A DNA stretch of 64,000 nucleotides from Vitrella brassicaformis CCMP3155 (Eukaryota; Protista; Chromerida), in NCBI GenBank assembly GCA_001179505.1, contig CDMY01000620.1, forward strand, positions 1 through 64,000. The letters run 5' to 3'. Under the pieces are notes generated by a model. The model was not told the DNA's origin. It searched no databases and saw nothing but the letters and a program-made list of their open reading frames with translations. Shown here piece by piece: positions 36,803 to 49,847 of the stretch (positions within the stretch are counted from its first letter, which is position 1; each line of letters opens with the position of its first letter). A program made the position numbers and the translations under genes.

Positions 36803-39800
36803 AATTCGCTTTCTTGGCAAACGGACTTTTTCTCAGCGTGAAACGGACTTCTGTGCTATGTGATACATGTAGAACTCATCGAACGACGCGTGAAGGTGCA
36901 TTCCCGCAACACATGAATGCGGTCAGTACAGGGCTGATTGGTTAGACTTTTGGTTGGTATATACTCGCAAACGAGTGAGTGGTCTATCTTCTCCTTCTTT
37001 CATGCTGGGGATCTCGCCGTGAATGACTCACTGGGGCCGTTTTCCATCACATTGACTCTCTTTCCCCCGCTCAGAACGACTCTGAAACGACGAAAAACCA
37101 GCCATTCACTCACTCATATGGGTGCGAGTGGCTGCGAAGCCCTTTGGTGTCTCCGTGTCTGACTCACCGTTGATCTCCACAAACCAGTTTGCATGCCAGT
37201 GGGCCCATGACGGCACAAAAGGCATGAACAGCAGGCATCACAGCAAGCAAATCACATATTAATCATGCCGCCCCGCCGCCTGCAGCGTGAATGCATCAGT
37301 CGAAATGATCATCAAATCGCGTCGCTCGCGCGATGGGTGGATGGATGGATGGGTGGTTGGGTGGGTGAGCCATTGGGTGTAAGGGGAGGGGAGCGAAAGG
37401 CAGGGGAGGGAGACATCAGCCCCGCACAAAGGTGTGGGCTGGATGAATATCATCAGATGCCTCAGATGACTCAACTGACCATCCTGTGATTCACCAATGG
37501 GCCTTTGCTGCCTTTCAAGCGCGAAGCAGCTGCTCTTCCGTTTATGTCATCGTGGCTCAAGCTCGGTGCAAACTCGCCTTTTTGGTCGCAAATCGCTTGC
37601 CGAGGTTGAGTCATCTTCTGACAATCAAAATGCCTTTATTTCTCCATGGAGTCACTCTTTCATCGGTCCGCTCTTCCACAGAGCGGTGCTTCATCGTCTT
37701 CCAGTCATTTTGAGCCATGAGTGGTCGGCCCAAATGGCTGATTTGAGTCTGTTTGTGAGTTGATTGGCTTATGCGGTTCATTTTGCTTGTGAACAGAGTG
37801 ATCACAGTCACCAATGGGCTGATTGCTTGACAGAAATGATTGCTTTATGTGGTGATTGCTTTGTCACATGAATGAGACACGCGATAAGCAACCGAGACAC
37901 GATGAGAATGAGCGATGGTGGTGTGCTGTGCTTCTCTCTGATGCCGCTCTGTACTCCTCGATCACTCACTCATACATAAACATGCGTATACAGGTGACTG
38001 CTTCACTCACTAAGGGAGGGTCGACCCACCTGCTTGCCGGCCCGGCAAGCAGGTGGGTCGACCCGGCAAGCAGNNNNNNNNNNNNNNNNNNNNNNNNNNN
38101 NNNNNNNNNNNNNNNNNNNNNNNNNNNNNNNNNNNNNNNNNNNNNNNNNNNNNNNNNNNNNNNNNNNNNNNNNNNNNNNNNNNNNNNNNNNNNNNNNNNN
38201 NNNNNNNNNNNNNNNNNNNNNNNNNNNNNNNNNNNNNNNNNNNNNNNNNNNNNNNNNNNNNNNNNNNNNNNNNNNNNNNNNNNNNNNNNNNNNNNNNNNN
38301 NNNNNNNNNNNNNNNNNNNNNNNNNNNNNNNNNNNNNNNNNNNNNNNNNNNNNNNNNNNNNNNNNNNNNNNNNAATGAGACACGCGATAAGCAACCGAGA
38401 CACGATGAGAATGAGCGATGGTGGTGTGCTGTGCTTCTCTCTGATGCCGCTCTGTACTCCTCGATCACTCACTCATACATAAGCATGCGTATACAGGTGA
38501 CTGCTTCACTCACTAAGGGAGGGTCGACCCACCTGCTTGCCGGGTCGACCCACCTGCTTGCCGGGCCGGCAAGCAGGTGGGTCGACCCTCCCTTAGTGAG
38601 TGAAGCAGTCACCTGTATACGCATGTTTATGTATGAGTGAGTGATCGAGGAGTACAGAGCGGCATCAGAGAGAAGCACAGCACACCACCATCGCTCATTC
38701 TCATCGTGTCTCGGTTGCTTATCGCGTGTCTCATTCATGTGACAAAGCAATCACCACATAAAGCAATCATTTCTGTCAAGCAATCAGCCCATTGGTGACT
38801 GTGATCACTCTGTTCACAAGCAAAATGAACCGCATAAGCCAATCAACTCACAAACAGACTCAAATCAGCCATTTGGGCCGACCACTCATGGCTCAAAATG
38901 ACTGGAAGACGATGAAGCACCGCTCTGTGGAAGAGCGGACCGATGAAAGAGTGACTCCATGGAGAAATAAAGGCATTTTGATTGTCAGAAGATGACTCAA
39001 CCTCGGCAAGCGATTTGCGACCAAAAAGGCGAGTTTGGTTTGAAACGCTCTCACGCGCCTTTTTGGTCGCAAATCGCTTGCCGAGGTTGAGTCACGCTCT
39101 CACGCGAGGCAGCAAAGGCCCATTGGTGACTCACAGGATGGTCCGCTGAGTCATCTGAGGCATCTGATGATATTCATCCAGCCCACACCTTTGTGCGGGG
39201 CTGATGTCTCCCTCCCCTGCCTTTCGCTCCCCTCCCCTTACACCCAATGGCTCACCCACCCAACCATCCATCCATCCACCCATCGCGCGAGCGACGCGAT
39301 TTGATGATCATTTCGACTGATGCATTCACGCTGCAGGCGGCGGGGCGGCATGATTTATGTGATTTGCTTGCTGTGATGCCTGCTGTTCATGCCTTTTGTG
39401 CCGTCATGGGCCCACTGGACATCATGTTGATGACTCCTATTCCATGCAAACCAGCTTGTGGAGATCAACGGTGAATCAGACTCAGGAGACACTCAGACTC
39501 ACTGCGAAGGGCCTCGCGGTCACGTCGACAGGCGGATTGAATGAGTGAGTGAATGGCTGGTCTTTCGTCGTTTCAGAGTGGTTTTGAGCGAGAAAACGGC
39601 TCCAGTGAGTCATTCACGGCGAGAAACCCCGCAGAAAACAAGGAGAAGATAAACCACTCACTCGCTTGCGCGTGCAAACCAACCAATCAGCCCTGTACTG
39701 ACCGCATTCATGTGTTGCGGGAATGCATCTTCACGCGTCGTTCGATGAGTTCTATCACATAGCACAAAAGTCCGTTTCACGCTTTTCACGCTGAGAAAAA

Positions 39801-39824
39801 GTCCGTTTGCGAAGAAAGCGAATT
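36803..39824. mobile_element. ~3.0-kb foldback (palindromic) non-coding element with AATTCGCTTTC termini and a 4-bp TSD (AATC)
   Basis: The left arm (36803-~38050) is the reverse complement of the right arm (~38580-39824). Flanks gtgaatc| and |aatcactg reconstruct the empty site cagtgaatcactgcatc at 16263-16279. Confidence 0.85.
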
Positions 39825-42800
39825 AATCACTGCATCAGTACAGACAACCCTCCTCGGTTGCTTCGCTTGGGAGACGGCCGTGATCCTGGCCTGACTGGCC
39901 ACGAGGTGGCCGGCCATGGTTTTGACGAAAAGGAAAGCCATTAGCGCTTGCGTGTAATCACAGCGTAGCGAAATGTATCATGCATTGACACAATTGTGCT
40001 GATTTAGGTTGGACGGCAACGTCAACTTTCGGTGGCTGGTTCTCATATTTGACGGAACGCAGAGCGATAACCGCTTGCGTAAAGACAGAGCACACAAAGG
40101 AACACTCACACAGAGGCTTGCCTATCAAACGCACCAGAATCCCGAGAGAAAACAGCCAAGAACCGATTTTCCGGGTTTTTTGCCGCCGTTTTTCGCGCCA
40201 ACGCGTGAACGGATTTGAAGCTCGAAGCAAACTCGTTCCTCGCAGTGACCCCCTCCACACATATCCGAAGACAGATGTTGAAATTCGAGACCCCGGCGGT
40301 AGGTGGGCCGGGGGATGCACACGACAGCTCTAGTCCTTTTTCACCTGAAGTCTGAATGAATGAAATATTTCATCGTGCTCCAAATTTGCGTAGTCTTGGC
40401 GGATTAATTAGTAAGGTCGGCTGGAGTGTGTCTCTGCTTTTCTGGTTTTCCTGCCGTCCCCCCGCGCTCTTGAGCCGTCCAGGTATCAAGCGCTGTTGCT
40501 GGTCACAGATGCCACAGAGAACGCCGCGCCATTGTTGGCGGTGCAGCGGCCAAGGGATCCTGTAGCCCTCGTTTTTCACAGTTCTGAAAGGAAAAAGCAG
40601 ATCGATGAGTCCTTTTCTCAGACGAAAGAATAAAGGGCCTGATGCTTTAGGTCCGGTTGCCAAGCTCGCGTCGTGAAACTATTATGAGTGAGGATTTCCT
40701 CATCCGGATGAGGAAGTCCTCATCGAATGAGGACTTCCTCATCGAAAGGGCCCATTCCTGCCTGATTTGCTTCATCTGGTCATCCATTTTCCGACCCATC
40801 CGCATCCATCTTTCGTCTTCGTCGATTTCAAGCATCTGAGCCTTCCGTGCCCCCCAGAGGTACTTGTGCTCTCAACCGTCGTCAGCAAGCCCACTGCACG
40901 GAGCGGCGTCTCCGTGTCTCTCCATCCAACACCTCACCCCACCGTGATCATCCCAGCCGGCCAGAAGGGGCCGAAGACCGCAGGCAAGGGCGCCATGATG
41001 AGCGACTAGACACCCACGGGACGGCTCTCCTTCCCTTCACCTGTCTGAGGGCTTGCCCATCTGACAGGGAGTCTGCCCATGTGCTAGTCGAAACTGCCGG
41101 AGTCTGCCAGGGATGCCACCAACGAGCCAAGCCCGACGCCGGGCGAAGTGCTCAACCACGGAGGATATGGAGGGTATCAGGGGTATATATGTCGTACGCT
41201 GACGGTCATGCGAGAGAGAGTGAGAGGGAGAGACTATGAGAGTCTGTGAGAGCGAGGGCTCGGGGAGGAGCGAGAGAGTCAGGGGCTGCTGTCGGAGATG
41301 CTGCTGCTGACGGAAACGGATGGTTACTGGAGCTGACCACTCACTTTTCTAAGGTCTGTTGACGGATGCACATAAGGATATAAGCGTGCAAACGATGGAC
41401 GGATGGCAAAGCGTGGTTCATGGAAGTGACGACCCATGTGAGGCACCGTGGCGTGAGATGCCGCAGCCACATGGCGATTTTGATGATGCCCGGGTGACAG
41501 ACCTGATCAAGGCTTTCAATGCGTGTGGACGAAGAGTCACACGAAAGGGGCGATAGAGAAAAGGTCACGGAGCAACAGAGGTGGAAATCCTGTGGAGGAG
41601 GAGGGGCCGCTCTTGACGAGAAGACACATTATATGAAGACTCTTGCATGTTCGTATGGACGAGACGACATTGAACAGACCGTGAAACAGCTTACATGCCC
41701 GCAAGAGTGCGCATGCACTCTATCTCGGGAAAGCGATGGAAGTCCCGCACGGAAACCAGCCATCGTTGGTGAAGGTAAAGGTGGCCAAGGTGACGGCCAC
41801 CGACGTCTCTCACTATCTGACGCCGATCCCTTCCACCATGTCGCAGCTGATCATCGATTCCTTAGGGGAGTTTGGGGGACTTCTGCATCGCGACAGGGGT
41901 CGTGTCGCTTCACGCGTGGGATGTTCCCAACGCTTAGTGCTGGATCCTGCATACTGTGCAATTGCAGGCGGAGGTGAATGCAGCCTAGCTCGACATGCCT
42001 CGTCCCTGTGACGCTCTGGCGATGAGCTGGCAAGGCCGATTGAGAATCAGTGTATCAATGAAGAGAGTCGCGGGATGGCGAAGCTATAGACGGAAACTGA
42101 ACGGCCCAGCGGAAAAATCTGGGAAAAATGGGGCCCCTACACGCCCCTACACGGCCATTTGCCTCTTGGAACCGGACGGGCGGAGGGCTACAGATCCGTA
42201 GGAGCTTACTTACTCTGACAGCGACTTGGATCATGTGAATGTGAAGTGTATGTGCACGTAAGCGAAAGCTGTGTCTTGTGGGGCCTTGCTGCATCCTTCC
42301 ACATCGGTCTGTTCGGAAAAAGACAGATTCTGCACAAGGTACAAGAGTGACAAACTGGCGAGACAGGTGACCGCCACCGTTTGTGCCCTGGTTGGGCATG
42401 GTTGGACAGTCCCTCCGCCTTTCATCTCTCTCCATCGCCTTTCACATAGCCGAGTTCGGCAGTGAACAGAGGGGAGGTAGAGGTATATGCATGATAGAAA
42501 CGAACAGAGCGGTGTGGAAAGTTGTGCGGACGCTGCACGTGTCTCCGAAGCCACGCGATGTGTTGGCCGTCAAACGAGTCGGACGAAGAATAGCAAGCTC
42601 AAGACAGCATCACAAACACCCCGGCTTTGTGGTCTTTCATCTCCGCCCTTGTGCAAGGTGACTTGTGCTGATGGAGACAAGGATTCGTTTCTTGTCCGAT
42701 GAAAATGTCGGTTGCATTTGTTTTCGGCGCTTGAAGTTTCAAGTTGGAGCATCCCTTTGTTAAGTGGAGCTTCCCTTTGTCTCGAACGGCCGAAGCTAGC

Positions 42801-45399
42801 TTGAGGCCTTGGTGTTTTTATCAGAATGAATCTCCCGTGTGCGAAAAAATACCTGGGGTAGACGGATGTCGTCTGAAAGGGAGGCGAACCCAATGGAGCC
42901 GGATTTTCCTTGCCTGAGCCTTGCTGAGGATACCTTGCTGAGGATACGGATGTCTCGGGTCTTGTCTCGGGTCTCTCCCTAGGAGGATTCCGCCGATGGG
43001 AATAGACGCCTCGCACAAGGCAAGGATCGTTTTGGTAGGGGGAGCGTTTCCGAGCTGCCTGCCTGGTCTGATGTCGCAATGAGCGATCTGCTGGAGAATG
43101 CACGGTTGGCGGCCTTGTAGTTCACGGCTGCCCGCGATTTTGTTCGTGTCGCAACTGACGCTGCCTGGATGTCATTTCTCGGCCGATGTCTGTTCATTCA
43201 TGGATGTTCTTATCAATTCACGTGCCACACACTCGCCGACCCATCCATTGACCCTTCCCTCATGGCGTACAGTCCGGCGGTCGTTTCTTTGTTGATATGT
43301 CTCACATATTCGGGAACGGATTTCGAAGCTGAGGCAGCGCAGCCTTGCAAAGGCCCTCCCTGTTGCTTCATCAAAGCGTCGGCTTTCCGTCAAACATCCA
43401 CTTTCTCTCCTTGTTGGGCCTTTTTTTTTCGTGAAGTGCATAGGCTTTCACACAAGTAAGCAGAGCATCTTTCTCCCTCTCTGTAAACCTCAATCATCGC
43501 AACAAGCCGTGTCTCAGAGTGTCTCAGACGGCTCTGTAGTTAGTCACACCATGTGTGTTACTGACAAAACTGAAATCGTGGTACGGTAGAAGACACCTGG
43601 CACTAAACGACGACACACAAAGAAAAGCTCTCAGGCACAGAACGCTGTGCACCCAGCGTTTTTCACACGGCTCTGGCCGGGGGTGGCACTCAAACCGAGG
43701 CCGAGCGGAAGCACATGCATGGTCCAAAAGAGCAGAGCGGCATGAAGTAACCCCTGACGGTGATCCACACGCTTCAAAACCACAGAGCTGGGGGAAGAAG
43801 AAAGTGAATTCATCCCGATTCAGGCAGCCTAACAGAGTGGTGTGCTGCCGATGACAAACAGCTGATGGAACACCTGCTCGAATTGAAGGCTCAATTTTGA
43901 AGCGATAAGGATATATATAGCCGATGGCCAACAAGAAGGCAGTACCGTCTTGACGAGATCTACATGAAAGACCGGCAACTGAGCCCCTCGAGGTGGTGCG
44001 GCTGCTGGACGCCGGCATGCAGTGTACCCCGCGGGCTCTCGAACTCCTCCACGTGAGACCACCGACGAGCAGCCAATGGCGGCCGTGCCACCCACGCCCA
44101 GTGTTAAAGGGGCCGTTTGATGGGATTCACGCTATAGAGATAGCATTTTGTCGATGCTCTGGAGACACTTTCTGATGAAAAGACACTCACGATTTCAATC
44201 GACAAGCACAAAGACAGACAAGCACAAACACACAGACACACGTACGAAGTCTCACACACGTAGACCAGTGACCATGGATTGGTTTGCATGTGGCTTGGGT
44301 CGACACAACTGTGTAAACTTTCGGTGACGGTTCTCCTTTTGACAGGGCGGAGAGCGATGGCTGCTTGCAGTGTGAATTCAGCACAGCGAGATGTATCATG
44401 CATTGACACAATCGTGCTGATTTAGGTCCACCAGCTGTGCCAACTTTCGGTGGCTGGTTCTCTTTCTGAAGACGGCGCAGGGCAATGACCGCTGGCGTGC
44501 AGACACAGCATGACGAGATGTATCAGACATACACGCTTTTGCATCGAATGCATCACAGTCCCGAGAGAAATCAGCAGAAAACCCCAAATTTCGTGTAACC
44601 GACACCAGTTTTCGGCACCTTTTGCGCGAGCAACAGGGCGCAATTGCAATTGGAAGCAAATTCGTTCCTCGCAGTGTCCGTGCGGATATATTTCATCAAC
44701 CAGATCTTAAAGAGGGGGCCTAGAAAAAAAGTTGGTTTCATCCTATACAACTTTTGCGTGATAACCACCCTCCACCTCAGCTTTCAGCTTAGAGCAAGAT
44801 CCGTGAAACTGATCTGAGCTGTCGTGCAAGACCCCCTAGAGAAAAAGTTGGTTTGTCGTGGCCGCAAAAAAATGAAACTGCGAGCTGATAACCACCCTCC
44901 AGCTCAGCTTTCAGCCTAGAGCAAGATCCATGAAACTGATCTGAGCTGTCGTGTGCATAATTCAGACTACATTCATGCATGTCGCACAGAGACATCAATC
45001 TACAGGTCGCCCTCCGACTCAATCCGGGTGTACACCCCACTGTGTGGGATGGATGAAGGATGGTGTAGAGTCTCTGGTCATGGCTGGTTTGCAGTAATCG
45101 AATAGCAGCGACACTCTGTTTAGTTACTGTCTCCCTCTAGTGGTCTGCCTGTTGATGGACCCTTGGTGCCAATGCACTTCCAGTCAATGTCCTCCTCTCT
45201 CAGTCGTCACTTCCACTTCCTACTCAACTGCACAGAGACAATTACTTGGATGGACGCGCAGCGCACGAACACACGGGCAGACGGATGGATGCACACGCCA
45301 CATACATGCCCAACACTGAGATACACACATGTAGACATCCACATAGATGGACGCACAGCACACATGTATGGATGGATGCATGGATACATGCGTAGCAAA

Positions 45400-48000
45400 C
45401 AGATACCGACGTGGATGGATGGGCATCTTGGAAAGGTGATATTGATTCAGTGATGCTGAGCTGCGTCTTCGATGAATCCCAACGAGTATTTGACATCTGT
45501 CTAGTCTCGTGGTCTCAGAAATCATCACACGTTATCACGAACCTATCACTCACCATCACTCACCCACAAGGAAAGCGACCGCGGTCGTCACGCAGGCAGC
45601 CACAGGAGTGGAGCGACCAAGGCATCTGTCGGCCTGTAGGATCAGGGGCAAATTACGGGTGTTATCGCTATCTCTTTTCATTTATATACATGGGCCAACC
45701 AACCTACCGCTGGCAGGAGAGCGAGCATCGATAGGCAGCGAGCCCATGGGACACATACACAGACGCATACTAGCTGTTGGCCTTTGTAGTGTCGTGTGCA
45801 CGTGTATTTGGTTGTGATTGACCCCTCAGGAAGCACGTATACCACGTACACACGTGTGGCAATGACCAGCACGTGTGGCAATGGCCAGTAGGAGCATGTT
45901 GCTTGTCACGGGGGTCCGCACGTGTGCACAGAGCTCAAGACACACCCTCTAAGGTGATCCGCACCTGCATTGATACATTGCATAAAAAAGACACGCGGAA
46001 ACAGACAGGAACACATACGAGGGATTTCGATTGGACGTTGTGAGCGATTCCTGTATGGGCGGGCTTGCTGACACCCCGGCCTTCTTGATACTCTGAAATG
46101 CACTCCCGTCTACCGCACGGGTGTGGATTCACCCATCCATCCACCCACAGACGTCCATAGAGGATAAGAGAGAATGAATGTTCCTCGAGTCGAGTGATAG
46201 CAACACTGACATGTACAAGTTGAACTCGTCCTCAATGTCGTCGGTATCCTCTGCATTCTCTGGCATCGGGCAAGGATCGGGCGCCATCTTATGCCCCACT
46301 GCATGGCGACGTGGGGCATGGCGCCGCGTTGCTCGAAGCGATGGACAAGCTGGAAACATCAGCATATATTGCATAGCATAGCTGTGAACGCACATGTGTT
46401 GTTTCCCTTTTTCCATTCGGCAGCTGTGAGCGTGCATGTGCTGAGAGCTGATCATTGATTCAAACACTCATCCCGTGTCTGCCAATAGGGTTTGCATCAC
46501 ACACAGTGTCACACACACGCACACGGCCGCACACAGAAGCCAGAGACGAGCGCCAGCGGAGTGAGGAAGGAAGTGAAGGGAAGGAAGGGAAGGGGGGGAA
46601 GGGGGAAGGTTTACACCGCTGCGCCAGCACATGCGCCTGCAGGTACTCTTTCCTTCTCGACCACACGCAGGCTGTAGTGCCAAGCAACTAGACGCATACA
46701 CATGAGAAGGCTGATTTCCAACCATATGGGGCCATTCAGTACACTTCCTGCTCCATGACAGCTACGCATTCACATCCGTCGATTCTGCGCCCGCTCCAAG
46801 ACCACAATGTATCTGCGGAAAGAGCACACATATTCATTTGCCTGTCCACTCGGCTAGTGTGACCTCCATGCGATCAGCTGGACGACATAGGCTATACACG
46901 CTGGGCCGATAGTCCCCGAGAGTGTGACAGCAGCCAGCATCTGTGGGTCCGTCATTGTAGTCGGTGAGCGTACTACCAACCCAGATAGCGCAGGGCTCCT
47001 GACACGCACACGCAGATGCATTCTTCCTTGACAGCGCCGTCACCCACTCACCAGCTGCAGATTTCACGCGGGAAAAAGGACTGCACTGTCCCCCCGCCAT
47101 TGAACGGCAGCTGATACGAATTGTCGTCCGCGAAAGCTATAACACAGGTGCTCAAGGCAGAGAGGTAGGGGCTCACAGCCTCACACACACCTGAATTCGA
47201 CCACCTACGGTTTGCTGTCTGTCTGTACGTACATGTTATGCGCTGCGTTATGCCTACCCCCAATCGCAAGGGTTACTGACCCCCATACAACCACCCGCCA
47301 ACGGGATTTGACCAGTTGTATTTTCAACACCTGCATAGCCACAGACCCTAGTGTATGTTTTGTCTGCTTTCGTGCACCTTACGCCGGTGGCGCTCATTTT
47401 GAGAGCCTCCAACAACAGGGTGCCAACCACGACCATCAGGCCACAAACATAGCTCGCCCCGTCTGGCACATTTACACACCATGCACACACATCTGTGCAC
47501 ATGTTCGCATGTGTGGACTACCTCTGGTGGCTGCAAGATGCATGCCTAGTGCCCTGAGTACGGCCGGAGGCGGCACGAGCAATGCCAGACCGGTCAACGG
47601 CCACAGGGACTTTTGGCGCATGCGGGCAACGAAACCGAAGACTGAGAAAGCTACAAGGGCTGTCAGAATGCCAGTCACACCTAAAACTACGCCGACTGTC
47701 AATGCACCCTGCCCACCTGCTCATACGGATGCAAATACTCACAAGTTTACCGACGACATTCTATGTTCTCCCTCACCGGTGCCACCCATCATACCCAGCC
47801 GGCATAGAGAGTGCACCGTGATTGTGGTGTCATGTGCGCTCTCTGCTCTCTTGGCGGCTCGGTCAGCCGTGGTGTCCTCGGGTATGGGTATGGAAGTCGC
47901 CAGCATCAGCAGCCAAGCGAGCCATAACACGGACGGAAAAGCTGCCAGCGAGCTGAGTGGAAGAGGGTGTAGAATGGTGTGCATGCTGTCTGCGTAAGCG
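45400..48000 (-). CDS. Putative multi-exon membrane protein with Cys-rich segments; function unknown
   Basis: Signal-like PSVLWLAWLLMLATS. TM-like GVVLGVTGILTALVAFSVFGFV, LWPLTGLALLV and PVAACVTTAVAFLV. Cys-rich CQEPCAIWVG...GCCHTLG. The exon chain was not fully resolved. Confidence 0.4.
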
Positions 48001-49049
48001 GACATTTCTGCTTTTGTTTTCCGTACCTGATCCAGTCGCCTACTGCGATGATCCAATAGCATGTCGCTGGAGAGAGCTCGCCTTTGCTGGCTGTGAAACA
48101 TCAGCGGCGGGCTCCGAGAGATGATTGCAGACTGCTATGGAATCAAACTTCTCCTGTCACTCATATGTGATACCTTTATGCCCGGATGTGTCCTGGTTAG
48201 ATCATCCGATATTGATAATCTAGATCAGCACAAGTCGACTCAAGTACGGGAACTCGAGAGCGATTGAATGAACGAAGTCAGGCGTGTGGGTCCGTTATGC
48301 AGTGCCGGTCATGCAACGAGCTCAACCGATGGGCCCTGTGAGCGTTGACAAGGCAGGGAAGCGCCGCTGCCAAGCTCGCAGACCACCGGCAAAAGCAAAC
48401 AACACGCCTGAAAACATTGCATGCACCCACAGCCAGCCAGCCAGCCAGCCAGCCACGGACGGACAGACAGACAGACAGACAGTATGTATGTGTGTGTGTG
48501 TGTCGGGACGGTAGTGTCTTGTTCGCGTACCCACATGGGAGTGTTGTGGAGAGCACCCAATGAAAAGAGCGACACGACAGAGGGGCGCACAAAACAACCT
48601 GCCAACACAACGCCCACACACATGCCAGCCAACCAGTCAGTGTGTGTGTGCGCAGATGTCCATAACTGTCTCAACGCGCACCACAGAGTGTGTGCAGAGC
48701 ACCCAACGACGAAAAGCAGTCAGATGGGAGAGTGCGAAAAAGCAACTGCTACACCATGTCCATCCTTTCCGTGCTTCATCCCTTCCCGTGCACCACACGC
48801 ATGCATACAATAGAGGCAGACCGACAGGTAGGCCCATAAGGGTGTTGTACAGCTGCGAGAGGGCCAAAAAGCGAAGCGCAGAAGGCAAGGACGCGATCCA
48901 CGAGACTAAGAAAACGTTTCACGCGGCCATAACGCCAGTGGGTTGCAACACGGCGACGATCTACGCCTCAGACAAGACACAACCAAGAGCGAGACATGCA
49001 CTGCAATGCATACGGCATCCGGAGCCAGCCAGTCACCCCACATCCCCGA

Positions 49050-49847
49050 GGCGGGGATGGTGTGCGGCCTGTATGGCCCGCGGCTGACGAAGTAATCTGG
49101 GAACCCTCCGGCCCTCCGTGGCCCACTGGTGGCCGCAGCGGCTCGTTGCATACGACTCGGCACTTGAATACCCAGCTCGACGGACAGGAGTTCGCTCCAA
49201 TGGTGGATGCAATCTTCGTGTCCTCAGAAGCGGGAATTACGACCGGGCGGGGCTTCCGCTTGAGAGCGTCTTGAGGAAGTCCACCGTCTTCTCTCCCCAC
49301 CTGCCGAATGTCTCCGCAGCGAGAGGCACAAAGCGGAAGCCAGCTGCTTCTGCGGTCGGGCCATACTTGTCGATCTTGTCTTTCTCCGCAAGCTGCGCCG
49401 TCTTGCCACCTGGAGGCTGTGCACCACGCCGGTTGACAGTCCGGTGAGAGGGGATGGGGGAGTCGTCAGGGCGGCAGGGGTGGGCGATGGTGACATCGAG
49501 CAGGTAGTCATGGCCGTCGATCACACAGTAGATGTCCATGCGCTGGCTGTTGGGGTTGTCGTCGGGCGGGCTGACGCCGAGGCTGTGCACAGGCACCTCC
49601 ACATTGGAGGGAACATCTGCCTCAGCCACGATGCAGACGAAAAGGTTGCGCATGTTACGTGACCGCACACGGCGTGCGACGGGCAAAGTAGTGATCGCCA
49701 AACTTGTCCACCTCCCCGCCGCAGATGCATCGCTGCGAGACGGTTGCGTGCGGGAGGCTGACGCCGAGACACTCGGCGACGGCATGGCGATACTGGAAGT
49801 TGTTCAGTGCCTTGATGTCGACAGAAGGGATCGCACGCGTGCAACCC
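49050..49847 (-). mobile_element. Non-LTR retrotransposon 3' remnant with a restriction-like endonuclease (REL) domain; frameshifted
   Basis: QRCICGGEVDKFGDHYF (CCHC-type finger), RMDIYCVIDGHDYLLDVTIAHP, AEKDKIDKY, FVPLAAETFGRWG. Confidence 0.85.

Noticed and set aside
37856-38995. ORFs within the palindrome and ORFs spanning N gaps
   Set aside because: They are mirror-image or X-filled translations of non-coding repeat.
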